This document shows, one piece after another, positions 20,763 to 29,592 of a DNA stretch of 64,000 nt. The stretch covers positions 416,001 to 480,000 of the forward strand of contig CAWFKQ010000005.1 of assembly GCA_963816395.1 (NCBI GenBank), in the 5' to 3' direction. Numbering within the stretch: the first letter of the stretch is position 1; every line of letters begins with the position of its first letter. Made by a program: the position numbers and the translations under genes. Under the pieces are notes generated by a model. It was not told the DNA's origin. It did no database searches and saw only the letters and a program-made list of their open reading frames with translations. The DNA is from an uncultured delta proteobacterium (lineage in GTDB: Bacteria; Desulfobacterota; Desulfuromonadia; Desulfuromonadales; JACZKF01).

Positions 20763-22727
20763 TCAGAAATACCGCGTCAGTTCAAGACGCACATGCTCGT
20801 CCCGGGTCAGCTCCCCCTCGATCCAGCGGAAGGCCGCCCGCGAGCGCAGGGAGACCACCAGCTGGCGGAACGCCCAGCGGAAATCGGCGCCGAGGGCCAG
20901 CCGGTCGCTGTCCGCCCCCCCCATGACCCGCTGGTAGTCGCCGGTGAGGGTCGTCAGCACCGAGCCGAGCAGGGTCGTGCGGTACTGGCCGCCGAGATTG
21001 ATCAGGTTCTGGTCGTCCGTCGCGTTACTGCCCGAGGCGTCATACCACCAGTAACGGTCCCGCAGGTAAAGGGAGAGGCTGCCGCTTTCCAGGACGTCGT
21101 AGTACCTGAGGGTGCCGTCGATGAACTGGTTGCTCTGGATATCGGACTCGAACCGCTGGTATTCGCTGGAGAGGGTGATGGTCCGCCAGCGCCTTTCGCC
21201 GCCGAGGCGGTAGTTTCTCTGGTCCGCCAGGTAATTGGCATCATCGTCGCCGGAGAGGATGCCCTGGTGGATCCGGTCGAAGCTGGCGAATACGCGGTAT
21301 CGATCGGCGAAAAGGTGGACTTCGGCGGCGATTCCCTCGGCATCGGTGGCAAAGCGGATATCGGGGTCGACCCGGATGTCGTAGCTGATCAGCAGGACCA
21401 TCCCCGTCAGGATGATGTTGCTCAACCCGGCGCCCTCGACGACGATTTCCGTGCGTGCGCCAACCTGTTCCACGCGGTAATCGATCCCTTCCTCGTAGGG
21501 GGCGACCCGCACCAGGGGATCCCGGTTGCGGACCACGATGCTCTCCGGAACGGCATTCAGATTGTCGAGAAACAGCCGCTCGCCGAGGACCACCGGGTGC
21601 GGCTCGTTGATAATGGTCTGTGTCTGGGACTCCAGGTTGCGGTCCGTCACCTGGTACTGCGTGAACAACTGCGCGTTGAGGCTGCTTTCCGCCGGCAGGA
21701 TCTTGCGATAGCCCCAACCGATGCGGCCGCCGACGACCTGCTCGTCACCCGGGGAGAAATCGGTGTCCCGGCCGAAGACCTCCAGCTGCGTGGTCAGGCT
21801 CTGGTAGAGTTCATGCTGCAGCCAGCCGCGCCACAGGTTCGATTCCCGGTCGACGCCGTCCGGCCGGGCGATGGTATAGGTATAATTCAGCCCGGAACGC
21901 AGCGCCCGGCCGAGATCCCAGCCCAGGGTCTCGTTCCATTCCAGGTCGTCCCGCTCGTTCAGCCCGTTCGCTTTCCAGACCTTTACCGTGGTATTCAGCT
22001 GCCTTGCCAGCCCCCGGTTCTTCCAGTTCAGGACATTGCCGAAATCGAGTTCGGCGGAATCGTTGAAGTCTTCATCCGGGTTGGGGATGGATTCGTCGTA
22101 ATCCTCCTGGACCAGGCTGACATCGACATAGGATTCGCTGATCCGGTAACTATTGCGGAGATGGAGGCTCAATTCGTCACGGGTTATCTTGTTGTCGGCG
22201 TCCAGGCCATCGGTTTCGCTGATCGAACGGATGAGATTGACGGTGCCGGGAAGATAGAAATTTCGGATGATAAGGGAAGCGCCATAAGTTTCCGTTTTTA
22301 GCTGATAGTCAACCCCATAATTCCTGGAAATATCCTCGGTTTTTGAATTAAGCATGAAATGCAGGGGATAGGTATTCTTTTCTCCCAGTACGCCCCGTAT
22401 GTCATAAAAAATCCCGTAGCCGGCAGTGGTGTTATCGTAATCGTCGGAAGAATAATCATCCTGCTTCAAGCGAAATCCGATGGTAAATCTGCCGTTCAGT
22501 ATGTTGGGATCATAAATCGCGTAATCGGTACCGACAATATAGTCCTCGAAGGCCTCATGACGGCTCGTGGATGAAGAGGAATAATGGTATTGATCGAAGT
22601 TGTAAGTCAAACCGACCGACTGCTGGATGTTCCTTAAAAGCAGGAGGCTTTTCCTGCCGGCTGAAGCGGTCTGCACGCCGAGGGCCAGGAAGGAAAACAT
22701 CATCAGAAGTAATAAGGCCGGCTTCAT
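20763..22727 (-). CDS. Predicted outer-membrane beta-barrel protein of the cytochrome cluster
   Basis: Signal peptide, Y/D/N-rich alternating strands, terminal LELTRYF. Confidence 0.7.
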   Translation of the reverse strand: MKPALLLLMMFSFLALGVQTASAGRKSLLLLRNIQQSVGLTYNFDQYHYSSSSTSRHEAFEDYIVGTDYAIYDPNILNGRFTIGFRLKQDDYSSDDYDNTTAGYGIFYDIRGVLGEKNTYPLHFMLNSKTEDISRNYGVDYQLKTETYGASLIIRNFYLPGTVNLIRSISETDGLDADNKITRDELSLHLRNSYRISESYVDVSLVQEDYDESIPNPDEDFNDSAELDFGNVLNWKNRGLARQLNTTVKVWKANGLNERDDLEWNETLGWDLGRALRSGLNYTYTIARPDGVDRESNLWRGWLQHELYQSLTTQLEVFGRDTDFSPGDEQVVGGRIGWGYRKILPAESSLNAQLFTQYQVTDRNLESQTQTIINEPHPVVLGERLFLDNLNAVPESIVVRNRDPLVRVAPYEEGIDYRVEQVGARTEIVVEGAGLSNIILTGMVLLISYDIRVDPDIRFATDAEGIAAEVHLFADRYRVFASFDRIHQGILSGDDDANYLADQRNYRLGGERRWRTITLSSEYQRFESDIQSNQFIDGTLRYYDVLESGSLSLYLRDRYWWYDASGSNATDDQNLINLGGQYRTTLLGSVLTTLTGDYQRVMGGADSDRLALGADFRWAFRQLVVSLRSRAAFRWIEGELTRDEHVRLELTRYF

Positions 22728-22738
22728 TGATTATCCGG

Positions 22739-23320
22739 CTATTTCAGGAAATACCGGGCATTGCCGTCGTGCGGATCGTGGCAGTCGGTGCACTGCATCT
22801 TGTGCCCGATCGCCTTGTCGTGCAGATCGGCGGCAAGTCGCTTCTCGCGATGGCAGGTGGCGCAGAGCTCGCTTTTTTCCACTTTCAGCAGGGACGGGTA
22901 GCGCGAGGAATGCGGGTCGTGGCAGGCCAGGCAGTCCCTGACCGCCACCGGCCCGTGCACGAAGGAGCCCTGGATGAAGTCCACGTGGCAATGAAAGCAG
23001 AGGTCGCGCTTGGTGGCAGTTACGAAGCCGCTCTCCGTTTTCCTGTCGTGACAGTCATTGCACTTCTTCTCCTGGTAAGGAGGGTGTTCGGACCCCTGGC
23101 CGGCGGTGTCCTTGCTGCCCGCCTGCTGGCCGCTGATCAGCTCCTCGCGCAGGCTCGCCATTCTCTCCTGGGCGTAATCCTCACATACCTGCTCCGGCGG
23201 GGGCGGGTTCGGCACGCCGTCGAAAATCGTCGACAGCACCTTGTAGCGGGTCGTCTGGTCGCAGCCGCAGGCCAGGCTGAGCAGACCGACCGCAAAAAGC
23301 GCGAGGGAAAACTTCTTCAT
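22739..23320 (-). CDS. Pentaheme cytochrome c lipoprotein
   Basis: LACGCD lipobox, FDGVP motif, 5 CxxCH. Confidence 0.85.
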   Translation of the reverse strand: MKKFSLALFAVGLLSLACGCDQTTRYKVLSTIFDGVPNPPPPEQVCEDYAQERMASLREELISGQQAGSKDTAGQGSEHPPYQEKKCNDCHDRKTESGFVTATKRDLCFHCHVDFIQGSFVHGPVAVRDCLACHDPHSSRYPSLLKVEKSELCATCHREKRLAADLHDKAIGHKMQCTDCHDPHDGNARYFLK

Positions 23321-23348
23321 CCCATCTCCACCTACCCCCGGCGGGGCG

Positions 23349-24533
23349 TCATTGGCTTTCCTTACCCTTACCGGCTGCCTGGCCGTTGCTGATCTGGCGC
23401 TGCAGGTCTTCGGTGGTCGGATATTCGACACCGTCCATTTTTCCCAGCCCGTAAATCGCCACCTTGTCCGGCCCCATCTGGTTGGTCACGAAGAAGATTT
23501 CCTCGAGCTTGAAGCCTGGTTCGGCGAATTTCTGAAAATAATCCAGGTGGTCGCCGGTAACGGCAATGGAAGCCGGCAGGTTCAAGCCGCCGGCCGGCAG
23601 CGGCGGATCGCCGAAAAACATCAGCAGCCGATTGTTCTCCCCGAACACCTGGACGTTCTGGTGCCCCGCATCGACCACACAGATGCGGCCGCTGGCATCG
23701 GTGGCAATCCCCTTGGGGCGGACGAACTCCCCGAAGCCATCACCGAGCTGACCGAAGTGATCCAGAAAATGGCCGTCCTTATCGATTTTCAGGACGCTGC
23801 CGGTACCGACATTGGTGGCATAGAGGAAGCCGTTGCCGTCCAGGGTGAAATTGGTCGGGATGGAAAGCCCCTGCACCTTGTCGACGGTCTTGCCGATGCT
23901 GCGGATGAGCTGGCCGCTCTGCCGGTCGACAACCTTGATGTCGTTCTCCGCCAGATCCAGGATGTACAGGTTTTCCTTATCTACCGCCACATCGGCGGGC
24001 TTCACCGCGATTTCCTTGCCGTAGCTGCGGACGAAATTCTGCGCCGGATCGTACATCAGGACTTCCTTCCTGATGGAATCGACGACATAAATATTGCCGG
24101 CATCATCAACCGTCAGGTTGACCGGCTTCTTCAGTTTCCCGTAGCCGAGATTTCCCTTCAGGTAATCAAAGGTGCTGTTGACCAGGTCGATAATCACCAC
24201 GTTCGGACCCTGCAGATCGCAGACGTAGAGCTTCCCTTGGGCATAGGTGATGCCGTAGGGCTTCTTTATTTCCCTGACGACTTCCTTCTGCTCGCCGCCC
24301 AGCGACAGCAGGCTGAATTCTCCCTTCTGCTGTACGACATCCTTGGAAGTGGCGATCGATTTGAGAAACTGGATCCGGGGCGGGTTGGGCGGTGCGGGGA
24401 AAAATACCGGTCCGATCCTGGTCTCCGGCTTGGGCGCCGAACAGGCCGGGAGGAAGAGAGTCAGGGAGAGGATGCAGGCGAACAGGGCAAAACCCGAGGC
24501 GTTTAACCGGACAAAGGCGGATCTTTCCTTCAT
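23349..24533 (-). CDS. NHL-repeat lipoprotein
   Basis: LPAC lipobox; FFPAPPNPPRIQFL; GEFVRPKGIATD. Confidence 0.88.
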   Translation of the reverse strand: MKERSAFVRLNASGFALFACILSLTLFLPACSAPKPETRIGPVFFPAPPNPPRIQFLKSIATSKDVVQQKGEFSLLSLGGEQKEVVREIKKPYGITYAQGKLYVCDLQGPNVVIIDLVNSTFDYLKGNLGYGKLKKPVNLTVDDAGNIYVVDSIRKEVLMYDPAQNFVRSYGKEIAVKPADVAVDKENLYILDLAENDIKVVDRQSGQLIRSIGKTVDKVQGLSIPTNFTLDGNGFLYATNVGTGSVLKIDKDGHFLDHFGQLGDGFGEFVRPKGIATDASGRICVVDAGHQNVQVFGENNRLLMFFGDPPLPAGGLNLPASIAVTGDHLDYFQKFAEPGFKLEEIFFVTNQMGPDKVAIYGLGKMDGVEYPTTEDLQRQISNGQAAGKGKESQ

Positions 24534-24623
24534 TGTGAGCTCCTTGCGGTTGGCATGGGCAGCCTGCCGCTGGAGCAGCAGGCGTAGAGCGGGCAGACCT
24601 CCCGGACTGGCGTCGGGAACAAT

Positions 24624-25967
24624 TCAGGGGTTATTTCCCGGGTGGTAATTCTCCGGATTTTTGCGGTCGTACTTCAGGGGCCGGTGGCATCCAGGGGCGC
24701 AGCTGCCGCCGGTCGGCGTCATTTCGAAATCGATGGGGATCTTCCAGTCGCCGAACGGCATCCCGGCCTTGCTGATCAGCTTCTGCCCGTCGGTGGCGTG
24801 CGGCTCATGGCAGATGCGGCAGGTGCGGCCCTTGCGCTTGTTGGCGACGTGGACGAAATGCAGGTTGCGGTTGCCGTTGCGGAACCGGGTGTAGAGGGTG
24901 GTGTCCTCGAAACGCAGCATATTCTTGTCATGGCACTGCAGGCAGAAATCGTAGGCGCCCTCCTGAAAGGGCAGGTACAGGTCTTCCGGATAGGGGCCGG
25001 TCAGCAGGCGAAAATTGTCGGAGCCGTGCGGGTCGTGGCAAGGGGAGCATTTCCCTTGCTGCAGCGGGCCATGGACATATTTTTTGTCTGCAAGCTGCTT
25101 TTTGATATTCGCCAGGGGCGGTTTTCCCAGGTTGTCCTCGCCATGGCAGCGCAGGCAAACGGCAATCTCCTCACCCCCCAGGAGTCCCCTGGACTTGGAG
25201 AAATGGGTGGAATGGCAGCTGCCGCAACTCCCCTCCTGCTCGACGGGCTGGTGTCTGACTTTGGCCTTCGCCAGTTTTTGGCCGATTTTCGTGTGACACC
25301 CCAGACAGAGGTCCGGCATCTTTTTCTTCAGGACGAAATCCGCCGAGGAGGCATGCGGGTCATGGCAGTCGGTGCAGGCGCCCTTGGCTACCGGGGGGTG
25401 GATGACGGATGCAGCCTGCAGATGGCCGGCGAAATCCTTATGGCAGTTGAGGCAGGTATCCCGGATCGATTGTTTGAGAAGGGCCTTCCTGTCTGCCTCA
25501 TGGGGAGAATGGCACTGAGTACAGGCCCCGACCGCGGATGGTCCATGCATGAACTGCCGCCGGAAGGGCTCGCCGTCGTGACAGCCGAAGCAGAGTTCCG
25601 ACAGATTATCGCCGACCGGCAGAAGATAACGGTTGGCGCTGCCGTGCGGCTGATGGCAGGAGAGGCAGTCGCCTTCCGCCACAGGAGAGTGAACGACCTT
25701 CTTCTTCCCCATGGAGTCATGGCACTGATTGCAGAGCTCCGCCCCCTGCATCGTCAGCGCGAAACTTTTCTCTCCCTTCAGCGGATGTTCCTTGCGGCGC
25801 TGCTGGTGGCAGGACGAGCAGTCGCCATCCGCCACCGGCTGGTGCAGCAGGGTGAGCCGACCGATGGCGGCATGGCAGCCGCCGGTCAGACACGTTTCGG
25901 CCCGAACAACGGAAGGAAGCAGCGACAGGAGAAGGAGAGGGACAATAATGCCAACAACAGCCTTCAT
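24624..25967 (-). CDS. Multiheme cytochrome c (13 CxxCH + CX4CH + CX3CH)
   Basis: Repeated H.PV..G.C..CH.PH.S units; CLTGGCH, CAPGCH. Confidence 0.88.
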   Translation of the reverse strand: MKAVVGIIVPLLLLSLLPSVVRAETCLTGGCHAAIGRLTLLHQPVADGDCSSCHQQRRKEHPLKGEKSFALTMQGAELCNQCHDSMGKKKVVHSPVAEGDCLSCHQPHGSANRYLLPVGDNLSELCFGCHDGEPFRRQFMHGPSAVGACTQCHSPHEADRKALLKQSIRDTCLNCHKDFAGHLQAASVIHPPVAKGACTDCHDPHASSADFVLKKKMPDLCLGCHTKIGQKLAKAKVRHQPVEQEGSCGSCHSTHFSKSRGLLGGEEIAVCLRCHGEDNLGKPPLANIKKQLADKKYVHGPLQQGKCSPCHDPHGSDNFRLLTGPYPEDLYLPFQEGAYDFCLQCHDKNMLRFEDTTLYTRFRNGNRNLHFVHVANKRKGRTCRICHEPHATDGQKLISKAGMPFGDWKIPIDFEMTPTGGSCAPGCHRPLKYDRKNPENYHPGNNP

Positions 25968-26052
25968 TGCAAAACCATCCAGACGTGAAAATCCACCGTT
26001 CCCTGGGAAAGATCATAATTAAAAAATTTATTTCATTAAATACTTCCGCGAA

Positions 26053-26081
26053 ATAATACTTAAATTTTTATAAGAAGTCAA
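26053..26081 (-). promoter_or_regulatory. Sigma70-type promoter of the cytochrome/NHL operon
   Basis: TTGACT-17 nt-TATTAT in AT-rich tract. Confidence 0.6.
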
Positions 26082-26322
26082 GAACGCGGCATCTGTGGTA
26101 TCCCGCAAAAGAGCGGACACAAGAGGCACCTGGAGAGTGTGCATTTATGCGGTGGGGGCTGAAAGTTTGCTGCCGCTCGAACAGAGGAGCCGGAGTATTC
26201 AGAGAAATGACAGGGGGGAATTGAAGAATGCAGGCGGGGTGCGGGAGGTCGACGATTTTCTGGTTAAGCCCCTCCCCTGGAGGTGAGGGGCTAGAAGAGG
26301 TTTAAGACGAGTGGGAAAGGCA

Positions 26323-26826
26323 TTACCGTGCGCATTCCGACGGATCGCCCTTGAGCTTTGCCAGGGCGTGCGGCAGGGCGGGGAGGATCACCTCCAGGTT
26401 CTCCCGCACCCCTTTCGGGCTGCCGGGAAGATTGACGATCAGCGACTGCCGGCGCACGCCGGCCAGGGCCCGCGACAGCATGGCGTGCGGCGTTTTCTGC
26501 AGGCTGGCCGCCCGCATCGCCTCGGCCAGGCCGGGCACCTGCCATTCGATGACGCGGGCGGTCGCCTGGGGGGTGATATCGCGCGGGGTCAGGCCGGTGC
26601 CGCCGGTGGTGAGAATGAGGTCGATCCCCCGCTCATCGACCCATTCCACCAGGGTGCGGACGATCAGGGGCTCCTCGTCGGGGATGACCCGATACTCGAC
26701 GACTTCTCCCAGCGCGGCCACCATCTCCCGGAGAACGCGCCCGCTTTCGTCCTCGCGCTCACCGCGCGCCCCCTTGTCGGAGAGGGTGAGAACGCCGATG
26801 CTGAATGGTCCAAGTTCCATGCTCAT
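26323..26826 (-). CDS. mog: Molybdopterin adenylyltransferase (MogA/MoaB)
   Basis: LTLSDKG..REDESG, TTGGTG..PRD.TP, NLPGSPK. Confidence 0.88.
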   Translation of the reverse strand: MSMELGPFSIGVLTLSDKGARGEREDESGRVLREMVAALGEVVEYRVIPDEEPLIVRTLVEWVDERGIDLILTTGGTGLTPRDITPQATARVIEWQVPGLAEAMRAASLQKTPHAMLSRALAGVRRQSLIVNLPGSPKGVRENLEVILPALPHALAKLKGDPSECAR

Positions 26827-26829
26827 TTC

Positions 26830-27282
26830 TCACTCCTTGGCCGACGGCACCACGGCGATGGCATCCCCCCGCGCGACCGTCCCGCCCCGGCGGACCACGG
26901 CAAAGATCCCTTCCTTGGGCATGACGCAGTCGCCCGCCTGGTAGTAGATGGCGCAGCGTTCGTGGCAGATCTTGCCGATCTGGGTAATTTCCAGCAGCGC
27001 CGTCTCGCCGGCCTGCAGCTGGGTCCCAACCGGCAGGGCGCAGAGATCGAGGCCCGTGGTGGTGAGATTCTCGGCGAAATCCCCCGGCCCCACATCCAGG
27101 CCGGCCGCGCGCATTTTATCGATACTTTCCTGGGCCAGCAAGCTGACCTGACGGTGCCAGTCGCCGCCGTGGCCGTCCCCTTCGAGGCCGAAGTTCTCCA
27201 CCAGCAAGCCGCTGCCGACGTCCTTTTTTCGTCCCCCCTTGCCGGGGCTGGTGCAGACGGCGATGATCGTTCCCTGCTTCAT
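26830..27282 (-). CDS. MOSC domain protein
   Basis: GLEGDGH..HRQVSLL, GDFAENLTT, QIGKICH..C.MPKEG. Confidence 0.9.
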   Translation of the reverse strand: MKQGTIIAVCTSPGKGGRKKDVGSGLLVENFGLEGDGHGGDWHRQVSLLAQESIDKMRAAGLDVGPGDFAENLTTTGLDLCALPVGTQLQAGETALLEITQIGKICHERCAIYYQAGDCVMPKEGIFAVVRRGGTVARGDAIAVVPSAKE

Positions 27283-27326
27283 TATTTTCCCTTTCTGATT
27301 CGCACTGATTTTCCGCTCGCATTAGT

Positions 27327-27411
27327 CCCCCCTCTCCCTACCCTCTCCCACCAGGGGAGAGGGGATATTGAGCTCCCCTCCCTTGATGGGAGGGGCTGGG
27401 GGAGGGTGGGA
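27327..27411. repeat. REP-like palindrome family B
   Basis: CCCTCTCCCACCAGGGGAGAGGG..CTCCCCTCCCTTGATGGGAGGGG. Confidence 0.75.
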
Positions 27412-27421
27412 GGTACGCCGC

Positions 27422-28435
27422 CTAATGCTTCTTTTCCTTGGCGAGCAGCATGCGGCGCGCGTTGTTGGCGATCACCTGCGCCACATTGCGACTTTTGGCA
27501 ATATGCTTGAGATCCTTTACGGTGAGAACATTCATGTAACGCAAGGCCTTCGGCAGCGGTGTGCGGGGATGTAAAACCAAGGCCTTCTGGATTTCGTAAC
27601 TCTTGATCCACTCCCGGTTCAGGGTGATCAGACGAATCATTTCATCGTTGGTGCCCTTATTCTTGGCGATGACCTGGACTTCCCCTTCGGTGATGCGCGG
27701 GTTCTTGAGCACCGCCGAGCAGACCAGCTTGTTCGGGTCCTTGGTGAAGATGGCGCGCCACTCCTTATCGCCGGTGAGGGCCTTTTTGATCTTCTGCGCG
27801 ACTTCCATCTGCAGGGACAGCTGGTACTTGGAGAGGTTCACCTCTTCGACTTCGGCATCCCCGGCTTCCTCCTCCCCGGCTGCCTCCTCTTCTTCGCCAT
27901 TTCCCGTTTCCACGGTCCCGGCAGCGGGATCCCGCCAGCCAAGGCGAAGCTTGAGCTCCCGATCGGCCCGCGGATTGCTGCAGAGGGCGGCGACGACCTC
28001 GGGGGCGGCGGCAAGCCGCTGCGATTGGGCGGCAAACAGGGAAAGAATCTGGCTATCGGCGGCAGCCGCCACCCGGACCAGAGTGGCCGTGGACACCGCC
28101 GGGTTAGCGAGGAGAGTCTCCATGGCGCCGAGGTCGCGCAGCCGCACCCGGGCCAGAAAATCAAGGAGTTGCGGATGGCTCCCGGGATTGCCGGTTACCG
28201 CCAGCAGCTTTTCACCCGGAATGTCCCTGGCGGTCTCCAGCGCCGCCGCCCGCACCTCCGGGTCGCCGCCATGGCAGAGGAAGAGGAGGACGGTCAGCTG
28301 GTCGCCGTCCGCCAGGGGAAGGGCGCCGCGGGCGGCGTTCAGCTGCAGTTCTCGCGGCGCATCGGGAGCGACGATCCTTGCCGCCTGCGGCGAAACCCGC
28401 AGGCGCACGGTTCTGGGTTGGCTGGAATCGGTCAA
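27422..28435 (-). CDS. Conserved hypothetical helical-repeat protein
   Basis: Long ORF with NP repeats; KDPNKLVCSAVLKNPRITEGEV. Confidence 0.75.
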   Translation of the reverse strand: MTDSSQPRTVRLRVSPQAARIVAPDAPRELQLNAARGALPLADGDQLTVLLFLCHGGDPEVRAAALETARDIPGEKLLAVTGNPGSHPQLLDFLARVRLRDLGAMETLLANPAVSTATLVRVAAAADSQILSLFAAQSQRLAAAPEVVAALCSNPRADRELKLRLGWRDPAAGTVETGNGEEEEAAGEEEAGDAEVEEVNLSKYQLSLQMEVAQKIKKALTGDKEWRAIFTKDPNKLVCSAVLKNPRITEGEVQVIAKNKGTNDEMIRLITLNREWIKSYEIQKALVLHPRTPLPKALRYMNVLTVKDLKHIAKSRNVAQVIANNARRMLLAKEKKH

Positions 28436-28443
28436 TGGTTGAA

Positions 28444-28567
28444 CCAGTGAGATAGTGAGGTAGTGAGATAGGATATCTCAAACTCCATATCCTATCCCAT
28501 ACTCTTGCCTCTTCCTCCTCTCCTCTTACCTCTTGCCTCTTGCCTCTTGCCTCTTGCCTCTTGCCTG
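28444..28567. repeat. Short tandem repeats (AGTGAGRT)x3 and (CTTGCCT)n
   Basis: Directly visible; at least five consecutive CTTGCCT units at ~28532-28566. Confidence 0.85.
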
Positions 28568-28580
28568 AGGCCGAAGGCCT

Positions 28581-29568
28581 CTATTTCGCCAGCAGAGTCG
28601 TTTCCAGCCCCGCTGCCTTGGCCTTGGTCAGAACCTCGCTCGCCTCAGCCTTGTCGGCAAAGCTGCCGAAGGTGACCAGGTGGAGCAGCATCGGCACCTC
28701 GGCCGGCTCCTCCTCTACCCGGATTCCCTTCTGGAAGAGACGGTCGGCATAGACCCTGGCCTGATCAAGGCTGTGATAGGAGCCGGCGTAGACCATCATC
28801 TGGTCCCCCTTGCTGACGGCGAAGGAGTCCGGCGCCGTCGCGGCCATCTCTTTAAGTTTCGCCTCGGCTTCCATCGGGGTATATGGGCCGCCCAGGCGCA
28901 ATCGCACCATTTTCACCGGCCGCTTCATCGTTTTTACCTGCGGCTGGAAGCCAAGACGGCGGATGATCTTTTCCGCCGCCAGGCGATTGGACTTGAGCAG
29001 AAAAGCACCGGCATCGATGGTGTAATTCGCCGCCGCCGGGACTGGAGCGGCTGCCACGGCCGTCGGCGCGGCCCCGGCGGTTTTCAACTCTTCCGTCTTT
29101 GCCGCCGGAGCCTGTTGACTCACCACGGCCGGAGTTTCCGCCACGGCCGGAGGGTTAACCGCCGGCAGGGCCGAAGCCGCTCCCGGACCCGCTGGCGCAG
29201 GTACGGAATTGGCCGTTTTCTCCGCCGGAAGGAACCGGGATCGGGATCGGAACGGCGGCGGCAGTGGCCGCCGGGGTCGGTACCGGGGCGGTCGCCGGCG
29301 GCGTGGCTGCAATCGGCGGTTTCACCGGAATTGCGATCGACCGCCTGGCCAGCGGCGGCGGCTGCGGCACTACCGGCGGCGGCATCAGCAGGTAAAAATA
29401 GCCGGCCCCGGCCACCACCAGCAACAACAGCAGGAGAAGAAGAACCCGCGAGCGGGGAGTTTTCTTCTTTTCCACCGGGGGGCCGAGGGGCTCGCGGATT
29501 TCGTCCCCGCCGAACGGCGCATCCTCCTCAGCCGTCAAAAAATCGAATTCCGTTTCCTTCTTAGTCAT
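28581..29568 (-). CDS. SPOR-domain membrane protein, frameshifted
   Basis: TM LLLLLLLVVAGAGYFY, Pro/Ala linker, C-terminal SPOR-like repeats (GSFADKAEA). Confidence 0.75.
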
Positions 29569-29592
29569 CGGCTGCCTTGCCTCCTTCAAATG

